In this document: piece by piece, positions 48,798 to 60,524 of the stretch | Position numbering within the stretch: position 1 is the first letter of the stretch | Layout of the letters: the number at the start of each line of letters is the position of its first letter | Source: Balanoglossus misakiensis | Taxonomy: Eukaryota > Animalia > Hemichordata | Direction of reading: 5' to 3' | Length of the DNA stretch: 64,000 bases | Assembly: GCA_040954595.2 (NCBI GenBank) | Contig: CM082581.2 | Location: 4,580,699-4,644,698 of the forward strand | Position numbers and translations under genes: made by a program | The notes under the pieces: model-generated | What the model saw: the letters and a program-made list of their open reading frames with translations, nothing else | What the model was told of the DNA's origin: nothing | Database searches by the model: none

Positions 48798-49280
48798 AAA
48801 CGGACGGGTATGATCGCAAATATTCGCAGACATTTTTTTACAGTTGACCTTTACAGAACTACGCGTTTTCAAACAAACAATTATTTCTAAACCTGAGCTA
48901 GAATTAAGCTGATCTGTATAGACACACTACGTCTAGAAAACAGGACCATGCACCTGTCAATCAATTAAGGTACTATCGTTGCGTTCATAAAATAACAAAG
49001 TAATGTCGGAGATATTTGGAATATGTACTAGGGCAAATGGGGGTTGTCAGCAAATAGGATTTTAAAATTAGAAAATGTGCAATTTTATTGTCTGTGAATA
49101 GAATTCAATTTACAGCAAACAAATACTTCCATTATCCAGGGTCGGTGAAAAAAGCGAATTCCTTTACTGCCCCGTTCCTTCATTTGACGTTAGTGTCCGT
49201 TAGTGTTGATATATTAAAGGTAGAACGTTAACGCACCTCGAAAATCAGTCCTAATTTTTTTTCTTCTCATATCTCGCTCG
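48798..49280. repeat. Further copy of the repeat at about 42365-42860
   Basis: gggtatgatcgcaaatat, gaattaagctgatctgtatagacac, tacgtctagaaaacaggaccatgcacctgtcaatc and ggattttaaaattagaaaatgtgcaattt are shared in the same order and orientation. Confidence 0.85.
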
Positions 49281-49813
49281 GGCCAATCATTTTCAATAGT
49301 TTGAAAATAAAATAATGAAAATGACGCAACCATGTATATTTTCTGTTAGACAAAAGGTCTGGCTTTATTCTCTATATTTTCTTTCGGGGGGGGGGGGTTA
49401 AAAAGTGTTATGAAATTTCAATTGCCAACTTCGAGATAGTGCGGCTCGCTAATAAAAGAACATTGGGGGGGGGGGGTCCTGCAGCAAGCAACTTTAGTAG
49501 GTGAGTAGGGGGGCCTGTGGCAATTTCTTAACACCCTTTTAGACCCCACCTTGAATGCAAGGACAAAAAAAGGGGGGGGGGGTGGAAGAATGACCCAGTA
49601 AACCTCCTAGAAACTGCAATAGACAAACATAACAAACGTCAAATTGTCAAAGTTACAGCCAGTGAAGTGAACACTTGGTTCCTTTCATGACCTTACATCA
49701 CGTATTGACCACTGTATGACCTCACACAGCGCCACCATTACCTGGCATCTCATGTGGCATAAGGTTCACCAAAGTCATCGTTTGACCCAAGTACCGGAAC
49801 CAAAGGAAATACA

Positions 49814-52800
49814 ATGTACCGTGCGATCGATGTTGAACAGCAAGTGCCGGATGAGATAAAGTACAATTTTCTCGGCAAATCCGGACTACGAGTTTCCAAT
49901 ATTTGCCTCGGAACGCTGACATTTGGAGAAAATAAGGTGCGTGTTCGGGATACGCCCCCGGGTTACGCCACTGATCGATCACCTCCACAAACACTGACCC
50001 TGCGTACAGGTCTGTGTATTCGAGGCGTTACACACAGCCTCCACCGTGTAACGCCGCGAACACACAGAGTTGTACGCAGGGCTATACTACTGGGCGCCGG
50101 CATGGTCAGGGCATGGTCACTCCTGTGGTTTTTGGCCATCTTAGCCCGCCAAGGTCATGCTCTCCAAAAATAGAGAGACTGTGGTCGAGCGAACGACCCC
50201 TGCGAGCGGACGATGGTTTGTGCCGACCATGTCCCTGTATGTTGTGAGAAAATGAGGGCGAATAAACAGCAGTCAAACAGGCACACACATATCTATCTAT
50301 CTATCTGTGCATACAGGAAAGCGTCGCATGTCTGAATCCATGCGGGGTTGGCCTCTCTTGCATTCTGCCCAATTTTTTTTTATAAAATTAGAGGCGTCAT
50401 TGACACATGTACAATAGAAATTAGAAGCTTGTAATGTCAATGTTACACCATGATCGTCATCTTTACTAGTACACCGATACAGACAGTTGAGTTAATACTT
50501 TTACAGTTATAAGACTGCGTAAGAACTGTCACCTGGAAATCGCGACACTTTTTGGTGCAGGTTGGTGTCTTTTGAAAACTATGTACATTTGTATACAAGT
50601 ATAAAACTAATCGTCTATCGTGCATATTTTTGCAAGTGAAATATTGCATTTATCTTTGCAAATATTTAATGTCGGAAGAAAACCGACAATTAACTTGTAC
50701 TGTAATTTGCCGACCGAAGAGGACAAGTTTAAAGTAGTCCGGGTGGTGACGTCAGAAGGATTAATAACATTAACGTAAGAAATGTTTATTTCGACGAGTG
50801 AATTTCTTATCCTGGCACCTTGAGGTAACTAGGGTTATTATACATTTACAATCTTGAGGTACATGTATCATACAACTGAATGAAAACAATGTTGCACAGT
50901 GTTAATTTTTCTATTTTATTTTCTGTTTGAATCTTTCAGTTTGGTAGACCTGGTCAGTGCGACGAAACTTCATCGCATCAGTTGTTGGACCGATTTGTGG
51001 AGGGCGGCGGTAACTTTATCGACACTGCTGATATTTATCAGGAAGGTACAGCTGAGACTTATGTTGGATCATGGATGAAAATGTAAGTGTAAAAAGGTTC
51101 CGTTTATCCTGTCATTTTACCGATTGTTATTATTGTCCTTTGTATAAGGTATTTTATTTGTTATCCCATAATTTTATCCCCTTAACTGGAAGATTTTTAT
51201 AACTACTAGTAGTCCACCGTATTTGTGTAACCGCGTTACTTGTTGATTGAAGTGGAATTTGACTTACTCTGGCTAATAATAAATTCGTCAATTTTTCTTC
51301 CTGTCGGTCGGCCTGTCAACGACATTAGTGTTAGCTCAGCACTGACGAAATCGCAACAGTTTTGGTGCAGGTTGGTGCGATAAAAATGTACACAAATAAA
51401 ATTAATCGTCGATCGTCCATATTTGTTGACGTCAGAAGTATGGTAATAACAATATTTGCTCCATATTACCCTTATTTCTGACGTCATACACACAACTTTA
51501 ACTGGATCGGCTTAGTGTACATTTACAGCAAGTCAGGAGCCTGGTATTGGTAATATTCCCCTTGTATTATTTCATTCTATAGGCGGCAAAATAGAGATAA
51601 CATGGTGATTGCCACAAAGTGTTGTTGCAACACCGACCCAACAAGTCCGAACGGAATCGGTTTAAGTCGGAAGCACATCGTGTGGAGTGTTGAAAACAGC
51701 TTGAAAAGACTGCAGACCGATTACATCGACCTCTATCAGGTAAACAGTAAAAAAAATCATGTAATTCAGGCATATTGGATTCAACCATACATTTATAATT
51801 GCAACATTTTAGCAAGCTTCTGAAAAATTAAATGATTTGATTCAGTCAACTGTTTATATTATTACCCGGTAACGCGATGCTGGCATGAAAGAAATACGGT
51901 GTTTCTAGTTTGGCGTTTGTTGCAACTATTTTGAATTCTGTAGTATCCATGCAACGTTGGAGTGCATGCAATGTCCTTTACATGTATGCTTTTTTTCAGA
52001 TCCACATTTGGGACTCCGCAACACCAATCCAAGAAACTCTACGGACGATGAATGATCTGGTCCGTAGTGGAAAAGTCAGATACCTGGGTGCCAGTAATGT
52101 AAAAGGATGGCAGATGCAAAAAATCGCCTACGAGTGCAAGATCATGGGACTCAGTCCAATGATCAGCGTTCAGGTATTGAAGTAAGAATATGAAGTGTCC
52201 AAAATTATCAGCGGCACGATGTTAGTTGTTAGTAGTTTAACTTTGACCTCACAACCCACAATGCTTTGCGTGTGACGTAGCTCTCGTCCGCCATGTTGCG
52301 CTCGCGGTGTAGTTCGTTTGTAATAAAAAGTTCCTGATATCGACCTTACGTGCCTGGTTAACTTTGTAGTCTTTGCTGGTGCCTGACAACGCAGTGGTTG
52401 TGTCCACGTTGGCGCAGCGACTCTGTAATGAATTCAACTCATTTAGCCTTAACTGTATCACAGCGATATGCATTGCTAATGGAATATACCACCAAATTCA
52501 AATGTATTATACCAATTTTAAAATATCTGTCATGACGTTACAAAGGGCAAGAGTGCCATTTGATAAAGAATACAGACTGGCTACATTTCAGTTATAACTT
52601 GATCAACAAGGACAATTAAAATGCTTACAGTATGATCCATGGGGACAATGTTCCATTACGACCTTACAAAATCATTAAAACATTTGTTTTAAACAAAACA
52701 TTTCTTTCAGGCAAATAACAATTTAGCAAGTTTACCTAAGAAATACTAAACAAGGAGAATTTGAAACCCTGACATTGTTTCCGAAAGTTGTTGAAGACAA

Positions 52801-54442
52801 ATGGTTTCTCTATATTTGTTCCTGCAGTCGCAGTACAGTCTGTTGTGCAGAGGTGTTGAACTGGAAGTGGTTGATGTCTGCAAGAATGAGGGGTGGGCGC
52901 TGTTGCCATGGAGCCCATTAAAAGGGTAAACCAGTCACGGAATGTCTGCTGTCCAACACTGTATACTATATTATTGACTAAACCTTATTTGTTTACGTTA
53001 CACAGATTGTGTTGAACGCAGGCAAATGAAGATGAGATGGCGAGTATTTCGAAAAGAATGAGCAGTCCTGCCATACACATGTAATTGTTTTTAAGTATTA
53101 GCATGTATGCATGCCACCATGAATAATCATGAATGTAGAACTGTCAGCAACGAACTCTTGTGATGTACCTGTTTTATTTTTCAAAATGACAAGTAGTGGT
53201 TGGTTGACTGGCAAAGCAAAGAAAGGAGTATTGCCACCAGCAGGAAGTCGTATGGCATTTGTTGAAGCAGATCGAAGGCGTGAACATGACAGCCATCCCA
53301 GCTTCTCCACCTTTGGCAATAACACACAAGTCTTACATCTGATAGACCACATGGAGGCAGTTGGAAAAGAGCATGGTAAGTGGATCAGTGTGTGAGTTCA
53401 AGGTTCAAAGTTAGCTTTCAAAATTGAACAGCTTGCGCAAATGTGTTCAAACTATTTTTTTCTGATTCTTGGCATTTCAGCTCTCAGTACTAGCATTAAA
53501 TCGTAGTGTAGCTATGGAAACGCAGAAGGTGTTTTTTTTTAATTTTTTTGTTGAAATATTGTTGGTTTTGTTTGCTGGGTTTTACAGGTAAATCCATTGC
53601 ACAGGTTGCTCTGCGTTGGCTTCTGCAAAAAGACACAGTTCCTTCTGTCGTAATTGGTGCCAAAACTCTAGAACAATTGGATGAAAATATGGGTGCAGCC
53701 AGTGGATGGGAACTGACTGATCAACAGGTGGCGTATCAATATTGATTGGTTGGATTAGTTTGTTGGTTGACCTTGCAGGCATTGGGCCTTGGATGATTGG
53801 TGTGAACAAAGTTAATAGAGGGGGTAGTCTTTGTTTCTTTGTGAAGGGCTAACCATGCAGCCTCTAATATCCAGAATCACTCCGAAATCGTCTCCAAAGT
53901 GCGTAGTTTGCAATGCCAGCCGTGTTCCACGGTCAGGGTCACGTGACGGTACGTTTTAACATCAACCCCTAATGACCTGCCGGCCCTTTGAAGTTTGCCG
54001 GCTCTCCAAATCACCCCCACCCTCTATTAACTATGGTGTGAATGAAAGGACTGTAAGATCTCTACATTGTGTTGCTTGATCCTATTAGTGTTTGGTATAA
54101 ATACAATGTAAGTATGATGAATGTATGGATCAAGTCATCGGTTTGAAACCCTATGGTGACTACATCATCATCATATCCTCAGATATGACGAATTCAGCAA
54201 AATACAAGCTTGCATGGCCTAGTAGGCCACCGACTGAAAAGACAATTTTAAAGCAATTGCAGTCAAGAATGTGCCAGTTTGTTTGTCTGCATATTATTAC
54301 CAGTATTTCATCGGCATTTTCTTTCGTTTGTTTATCTCAGATGACAGAACTTGACAACCTGAGTGAACCTGAACTACGCTATCCCTACAGTATGATTAAA
54401 CAGTGGAACAAGGGCAGAATTAGAGCATCGTGGTGTACATAG
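49814..54442 (+). CDS. Aldo-keto reductase (YajO/aryl-alcohol dehydrogenase/Kv-beta-like branch), 8 exons
   Basis: Exons 49814-49936, 50940-51082, 51583-51739, 52000-52173, 52828-52925, 53197-53375, 53588-53727, 54341-54442. Motifs [82 protein letters not shown]...EQL.EN. The Asp/Tyr/Lys/His tetrad is present. Confidence 0.92.
53810..54035. mobile_element. MITE in an AKR intron
   Basis: agttaatagaggg ... ccctctattaact inverted termini. Confidence 0.55.
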
Positions 54443-54656
54443 AAAACCACAGGCAGATTGTAGGTCATGCGTGTGACATCGACACGGTCTGCTAAGAACA
54501 TGTGTAACAGGTCATGACCCATGCAGATGTGAACTGAATATGCTCATGTGTTTATAGTTTGGTAAAGAATGAAAATGTGCAAATTTAAGGAAGACATTAT
54601 TCAACAAATTCGACTTTTTTTCAATGCAACTTATCTTCATATAACGATACAACAGT

Positions 54657-55679
54657 TCAAATTTTTGTCAAACTCTGCATCGATTCTAGTTTCATACTTC
54701 TGTACTTGTATGACTTGGTTAGCAACCCGAAAAAAAAAGACCCACATTGTTGTAAGTGAGAGTGTATCTGGTACACCACATTTATCCCGCGGTTCTCTGC
54801 TTTTTCGGTGACTTCTCGGTCAAAAAATTCGCTTTGTGCGACGGTGAAGTGATTCTTCCAATCGCCGACTTGACCTTTGCGCTGGTGACGCGCGCCTGCG
54901 ACAAATGAATATTTGTCAGCACTACTCGAATACTGTCTATACATTTCTACACCCTTACACATGGCCTCAAAACTGCAGTTTTCAGCGATGTCGTCGAGTT
55001 CATCATCTGACAACGGACGATCCAGGAAACGGGCGATTTGGGCCAGAACGGGCGTCAGGTCTCCCTTCATATCTTCAAAGCTGACGTGAAGAACATTTTC
55101 TTGGAGGCCGTACTGTTTCCACGCCCACACCTGATCTAACCATGCGCCACCCCACACTTTACCCTCGACGAAAGCCTTCACCCATTCCTCCCAATTCAAG
55201 TTCATATCGCCCCATGGGACTGCCTTCATATACAGGTAATAGGACACGCACACATCTTTCGGGTTTCTGGTGACGCAAATTATCTTGCATCTCTTCTTGC
55301 CTTCTCTCCATGACTTGGGGAATAACTGAGGGAACAGGTGGTAGTAGAATAACCGTGGTGACGACATCTCCTGGAGGGAAGTCTTCACAGCCTGCACATG
55401 CTCACCATACATACCAGGTATATGGCCAGCGTCCTCGCAAAGTAGGTCAAGACGAACCGCTCTCTTGGTTGCCGGTAGCAAAAATGCCGCGTCACTGCAA
55501 ATGCTGGTCAGTGCCTTCATCATCCAATATGTCCCGCTCTTGGGGTAAGTGACAATGACAATGTCGTCATCCCGGACATCCCAACTGTCCATCGGATTCG
55601 ACTTCACCGTTTCTTCGTTGTGGACACAGTCGACAAAATAACAACCGTTGTGGAAGAAGCCAGACCAGTCTTTCGCCAT
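54657..55679 (-). CDS. Cytosolic sulfotransferase (SULT family), intronless, divergent copy A
   Basis: TYPKSGT (5'-PSB), YHL catalytic His, RNPKDVCVSYY (3'-PB), RKGQVGDWKNHFTVAQ. Confidence 0.92.
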   Translation of the reverse strand: MAKDWSGFFHNGCYFVDCVHNEETVKSNPMDSWDVRDDDIVIVTYPKSGTYWMMKALTSICSDAAFLLPATKRAVRLDLLCEDAGHIPGMYGEHVQAVKTSLQEMSSPRLFYYHLFPQLFPKSWREGKKRCKIICVTRNPKDVCVSYYLYMKAVPWGDMNLNWEEWVKAFVEGKVWGGAWLDQVWAWKQYGLQENVLHVSFEDMKGDLTPVLAQIARFLDRPLSDDELDDIAENCSFEAMCKGVEMYRQYSSSADKYSFVAGARHQRKGQVGDWKNHFTVAQSEFFDREVTEKAENRGINVVYQIHSHLQQCGSFFFGLLTKSYKYRSMKLESMQSLTKI

Positions 55680-56266
55680 CTTGTCTTATTCAGGCTGTTC
55701 TTTTTCCCGATGATACAATAAATTCGGCTGTGCGGGTGGTTTCCCGGGGTCGTTTCGCTGTCTACAATTCGTGTACTGTTTTGTCCTGCTTTAGGATAGA
55801 CGTGGACATCTGGCTTGAGAAGTCACGTTGATTGTCGACAACACCAAATACGTAGCAACAGTTTTTTTCTCAGATATTCTATCAAGGGCTTCCAGACTAT
55901 GTTTAAAAAACTCAGGTTTTATTTATAATTTTATAGTTTTATTTATAATAAATGGTTATTTTTTGATCCACTATTTCACTGTGACATATTTAGGTTTCAT
56001 GTCACTACATGCGCACATCCGTTGTCTACGTGTCTGGAACGTCGAGAAGGCGAAAATGGAACGACAGATCGTTTCAATATGGCCAGCAATGCATAATCAT
56101 GGTTTACTTCAAAACAACAAGAGAGTGCGCTCGACGACAGGATTATAATGTGTATCAGTCCTTTATCAAACTAAGCAAGTGATTTTGCAAAGTACTTAGT
56201 TTGCAGTATTACAGCAAAAGGATAATACTTCTGCAAAATGTCAATGGAAAACAAAGGCTTGGCACT

Positions 56267-56392
56267 ATTAAAATCAGTAGGGAACGGTGACGTCTTTTAC
56301 TTTATTTACGGTATTCTCATGGGAGGCGACAGCATAAGAAAACCGTACCGCGGAAGTAAAAAAACGTCGCCGTTCCCTACATCTGATTTTAA
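56267..56392. mobile_element. Hairpin MITE
   Basis: attaaaatcagtagggaacggtgacgtcttttactt ... aagtaaaaaaacgtcgccgttccctacatctgattttaat. Confidence 0.7.
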
Positions 56393-56707
56393 TCAGATTG
56401 GGCACTATGTAAACATTCAATACCGACAAGAACTAACGCGGAACCAGGGATTGGAAATCGCCCTTTAATTCACAGCAGAAAATCAATTTACAATATACAG
56501 TACAGAGAAGAAAGCATACAAAGAGCAAATACTATATGTGGTGAAAGAAAATAAAATACTTTTAACTGATTCTATAACTGAGGCGATATTGTAGACATTG
56601 TAGAAGAATGTTTTCCTCCGCACCATCTGCCAACACCCCCCCCCCCCAATCCTCCACCCACCCCCATAAATCAAATGGATTTCCCTAAACTGAACTGAAC
56701 CATTAGT

Positions 56708-56884
56708 TAGTCTCGGTTACCCAGAACCTCTTTCTGGAGTGCCCAACGGAAGAAGCAGGGGGGTCTGGGTAACCGAGACTAAACCATTAGTCTGGTCCCC
56801 TGCCCCAATCCCACCGCTGGCTGCGCTACGCTAAAGCTTAGCGTATCGCAGCCAGCGGTGGGATTGGCGCAGGGGACCAGACTA
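56708..56884. mobile_element. Two nested mini hairpin elements with TAGTCT...AGACTA ends (56708-56781 and 56788-56884)
   Basis: Each is a near-perfect palindrome. Direct repeats aaccattagt (56698, 56782) and ctgaaccat (56695, 56885). Confidence 0.75.
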
Positions 56885-57021
56885 CTGAACCATGACTGAA
56901 CTAACACTGAGATAATATTCTGTGGCCGGCTCTGGCGGCGAAACTGAAGTCCATTAAAATGTACCAAACCAAAATTCGTTCGACATTGTTTCATAGGAGA
57001 ATAAGTTCATGCGATAAAACG

Positions 57022-57939
57022 TCACATGCTGTAAACAAACTCCAACCCATGTTTCTTTACTTTTTCTGTTATCTGGCGGTCAAAGAATTCGTTCTGTGCG
57101 ACGGTGAAGTGGTTCTTCCAGTCCCCCACTCGACCTTTGCGCAGATGTCGCGATCCATCGGTGAACGAATGGGTACCCCCAGTCATTGAATACTTCGTGT
57201 AGAACTCTTCGCCTTTACTCATTTCAGCAAAGGTGCAGCTTTTTGACACTCTCTCTATTTCTTCGTCTGACTTGGGGCGACCCAAGAAATCGGCAATTTT
57301 CGTCAACACAGACGTGAAGTCCTTCTTCATGTCTTCAAATGTTACATGTAGTACGTTGTCTCGCAGGCCATGCTGATTCCATGACAGCACATTATTCAGC
57401 CATGATCCATTCAACACTTTACCCTCGATGAAAGCCTTTACCCACTCTTCCCAATTTAAGTTCATATTAATCCAGGGTGTTGTTTTCAAGTGACAATAAA
57501 AAGATACACAGACATCTTTCGGATTCCGAGCTACGTAGATGACTTTACACCTTCTGTCACCTTCTCTCCATGATGTTGGGAAAAAATTCGACGGGAGGTG
57601 GGAGTAAAGCAATCTTGGAGAGGGCATTTCGTGCAGTGACGACTTCACAGCATCAACGAGCTCTGCATAGGGTCTGGGCGTGTTGTCTGTAGTCTCGAAC
57701 ATTGCATCGAGACGAACCGCTCTCTGCGTCTGAGGCAACAGAAAGTTGACGTCATCGCACAGGGTGCTTAAGGCCTTCAACATCCAAAATGTGCCAGACC
57801 TAGAGTATGTCACGAGGACTATATCGTCAGGCCTGATGTCCCATTTGTCGATGGGGTTGTTTTTCACAGTTTCAACGTCGTGTAAACAATCGAGGAAATA
57901 AAGACCATTGTGAAAGAACCCTGGCCAATCTTGCGACAT
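57022..57939 (-). CDS. Cytosolic sulfotransferase, intronless, intact copy B (305 aa)
   Basis: TYSRSGT, YSHLP, RNPKDVCVSFY, RKGRVGDWKNHFTVAQ. Confidence 0.92.
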   Translation of the reverse strand: MSQDWPGFFHNGLYFLDCLHDVETVKNNPIDKWDIRPDDIVLVTYSRSGTFWMLKALSTLCDDVNFLLPQTQRAVRLDAMFETTDNTPRPYAELVDAVKSSLHEMPSPRLLYSHLPSNFFPTSWREGDRRCKVIYVARNPKDVCVSFYCHLKTTPWINMNLNWEEWVKAFIEGKVLNGSWLNNVLSWNQHGLRDNVLHVTFEDMKKDFTSVLTKIADFLGRPKSDEEIERVSKSCTFAEMSKGEEFYTKYSMTGGTHSFTDGSRHLRKGRVGDWKNHFTVAQNEFFDRQITEKVKKHGLEFVYSM

Positions 57940-58366
57940 GGCGGAACTGACTATAACGTGATCTACTTGATGAGTGAAATGCGTCGCATGATATTATATA
58001 TTTGTAATCCATGTTGACAGAAGCTTCGTGCTGCACAACGATTGGCCATCCATCGCGCGCGCCACTAACCACTGGCCCGTAAGGATGCCCGGATGTAGTG
58101 TGAGCTCGAGACCCAGGTGTGACCTCACACAGATGGGCAGTTTTTCCCCAAACAAGATCACGTTTTATCTCTTGGTTCTCGGTGGTACGTGGTCCGTATC
58201 TCTTCGTGGCAGTGCTGAGTGTCGAGTCTTACGGCGGTGGTGTGGAGGCATCGCCGTGAGACACACAGTCCTGTCTCTGGCGGCGAAATTGAAGTCCATT
58301 AAAATGTACCAAACCAAAAGTCGTTCGACATTGTTTCATAGGAGGATAAGTCCATGCGATAAAACG

Positions 58367-60092
58367 TCACATGCTGTAAACAAACTCCAACCCATGTTTC
58401 TTTACTCTTTCTGTTATCTGGCGGTCAAAGAATTCGTTCTGTGCGACGGTGAAGTGGTTCTTCCAGTCCCCCACTTGACCTTTGCGCAGATGTCGCGATC
58501 CATCGGTGAACGAATGGGTACCCCCAGTCATTGAATACTTCCTGTAGAACTCTTCGCCTTTACTCATTTCAGCAAAGGTGCAACTTTTTGACACTCTCTC
58601 TATTTCTTCGTCTGACTTGGGGCGACCCAAGAAATCGGCAATTTTCGTCAACACAGACGTGAAGTCCCTCTTCATGTCTTCATATGTTGCATGTAGTACG
58701 TTGTCTCGCAGGCCATACTGATTCCATGACAACACATTATTCAGCCATGAACCATAATGCACTTTACCCTCGATGAAAGCCTTTACCCATTCTTCCCAAT
58801 TTAGGCTGCATTCACAAACACCTCTGGAGGGGGGGGGCGGGAGAATTCAATTTTTTTTACCGCTAATTTTCACACGCCCCCCTTCCGAACTGCCAATATT
58901 TTCAAATCCCCCCCCTTCCGAACTGCCAAAATTTTGAAATCCCCCCCCCCCATTTTCTTTCACAGAGCAAAACATATCACCTATCTATCTTGTAAAAAGA
59001 AAAACAGCGCTCCCATGAAAAGAATTTGAAGCTGATGTTTCCCCTCATCAGTGGGTATTAAAACTGAACATTGTTTTTATTTTTTAAGTACATATATTTG
59101 TATTCTGTGTTGGGAGACATTGTAAATCGAGAATTGAAGGGGGTGGGTTTGGGAGGGGGTGTCCCCCTCCCACGTAAGAAAATTTTCTAAAATACAGAGC
59201 TCAAAGTTGCATTTTAATGAACCCGGCAAAAGCAACTTAACTCAACTACCGGTATGTTGGGGAGGACAAATTTAACCGTCGCCGCTCAAAGTTATCATGG
59301 GGTGGGGCAAGTCCCCTGATCTGGGACACTAGATAAACCAGTCAATGATTGAAAGGTGTTGATGAATGGAGGGGGTGGGTGTGGGAGGGGGTGTCCCCCT
59401 CCCACATTAGAAAATTTTGTAAAATAAAGGGCGCGGAACTGCATTTTTGTGGACTCAAAATAAATATTTAGTCGTTAAAGTTTTCAAGTCCCCCCCTTTC
59501 AGTCCCTAAATTATTTCAAATCCCCCCCCTTACATACCCTCAATTTTTTCAAATCCCCCCCCTCAATTCTCCTGCCCCCCCCTCCAGAGGTGTTTGTGAA
59601 TGCAGCCTTAAGTTCATATTAGTCCAGGGTGTTGCTTTCGATTGAACATAAAACGACGCACAGACATCTTTCGGATTCCGAGCTAGGTAGATGACTTTAC
59701 ACCTTCTGTCACCTTCTTTCCATGATGTCGGGAAAAAAATTAGACGGGAGGTGAGAGTATAGCAATCTTGGAGAGGGCATTTCGTGCAGTGACGACTTCA
59801 CAGCATCAACGAGCTCTGCATAGGGTCTGGGCGTGTTGTCTGTAGTCTCGTACAGTGCATCGAGACGAACCGCTCTCTGCGTCTGAGGCAACAGAAAGTT
59901 GACGTCATCGCACAGGGTGCTTAAGGCCTTCAACATCCAAAATGTGCCAGACCGACAGTACGTCACGAGGACGATATCGTCAGGCCTGATGTCCCATTTG
60001 TCGACGGGGTTGTTTTTCACGGTCTTCACGTCGTGTAAACAATCGAGGAAATACTGACCATTGTGAAAGAACCCTGGCCAATCTTGCGACAT
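58367..60092 (-). pseudogene. Sulfotransferase copy C, interrupted by an 804-bp MITE and a +1 frameshift
   Basis: Both halves are nearly identical to copies B and D. Insertion at 58804-59607. The A-run at ~59733 has 7 A versus 6 in copy B. Confidence 0.88.
58804..59607. mobile_element. PIF/Harbinger-type (Tourist-like) non-autonomous element
   Basis: Long TIR GGCTGCATTCACAAACACCTCTGGAGGGGGGG. TTA TSD at 58801-58803 and 59608-59610. The empty site is visible in copy D (ttcccaat-tta-agttcat). Confidence 0.9.
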
Positions 60093-60524
60093 GGCGGAAC
60101 TGACTATAACGTGATCTACTTGATGAGTGAAATGCGTCGCATGATATTATATATTTGTAATCCATGTTGACAGAAGCTTCGTGCTGCACAACGATTGGCC
60201 ATCCATCGCGCACGCCACCAACCACAGGCCCGTAAGGATGCCCGGATGTAGTGTGAGCTCGAGACCCAGGTGTGACCTCACGCGGCTGGGCAGTTTATTC
60301 CCCAAACAAGCTCACGTTTTATCTCTTGGTTCTCTCGGTGGTACGCGGTCCGTAGCTCTGCGTGGCAGTGCTGAGTGTCGAGTCTTACGGCGGTGGTGTG
60401 GAGGCATCGCCGTGAGACACATAGCCCTGTCTCTGGCGGCGAAATTGAAGTCCATTAAACAGTATCAAACCAAAAGTCGGTCGACATTTTTTCATAGGAG
60501 AATATTAGTTCATGCGACCAAAAG

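Noticed and set aside
53581-53600. cag|GTAAAT recursive-site-like acceptor in AKR
   Set aside because: A weak regenerated donor, explained by the conserved Gly-Lys codons.
49814-54442. Recent horizontal transfer of a bacterial-like AKR
   Set aside because: The gene has seven canonical introns, and origin cannot be judged without a phylogeny.
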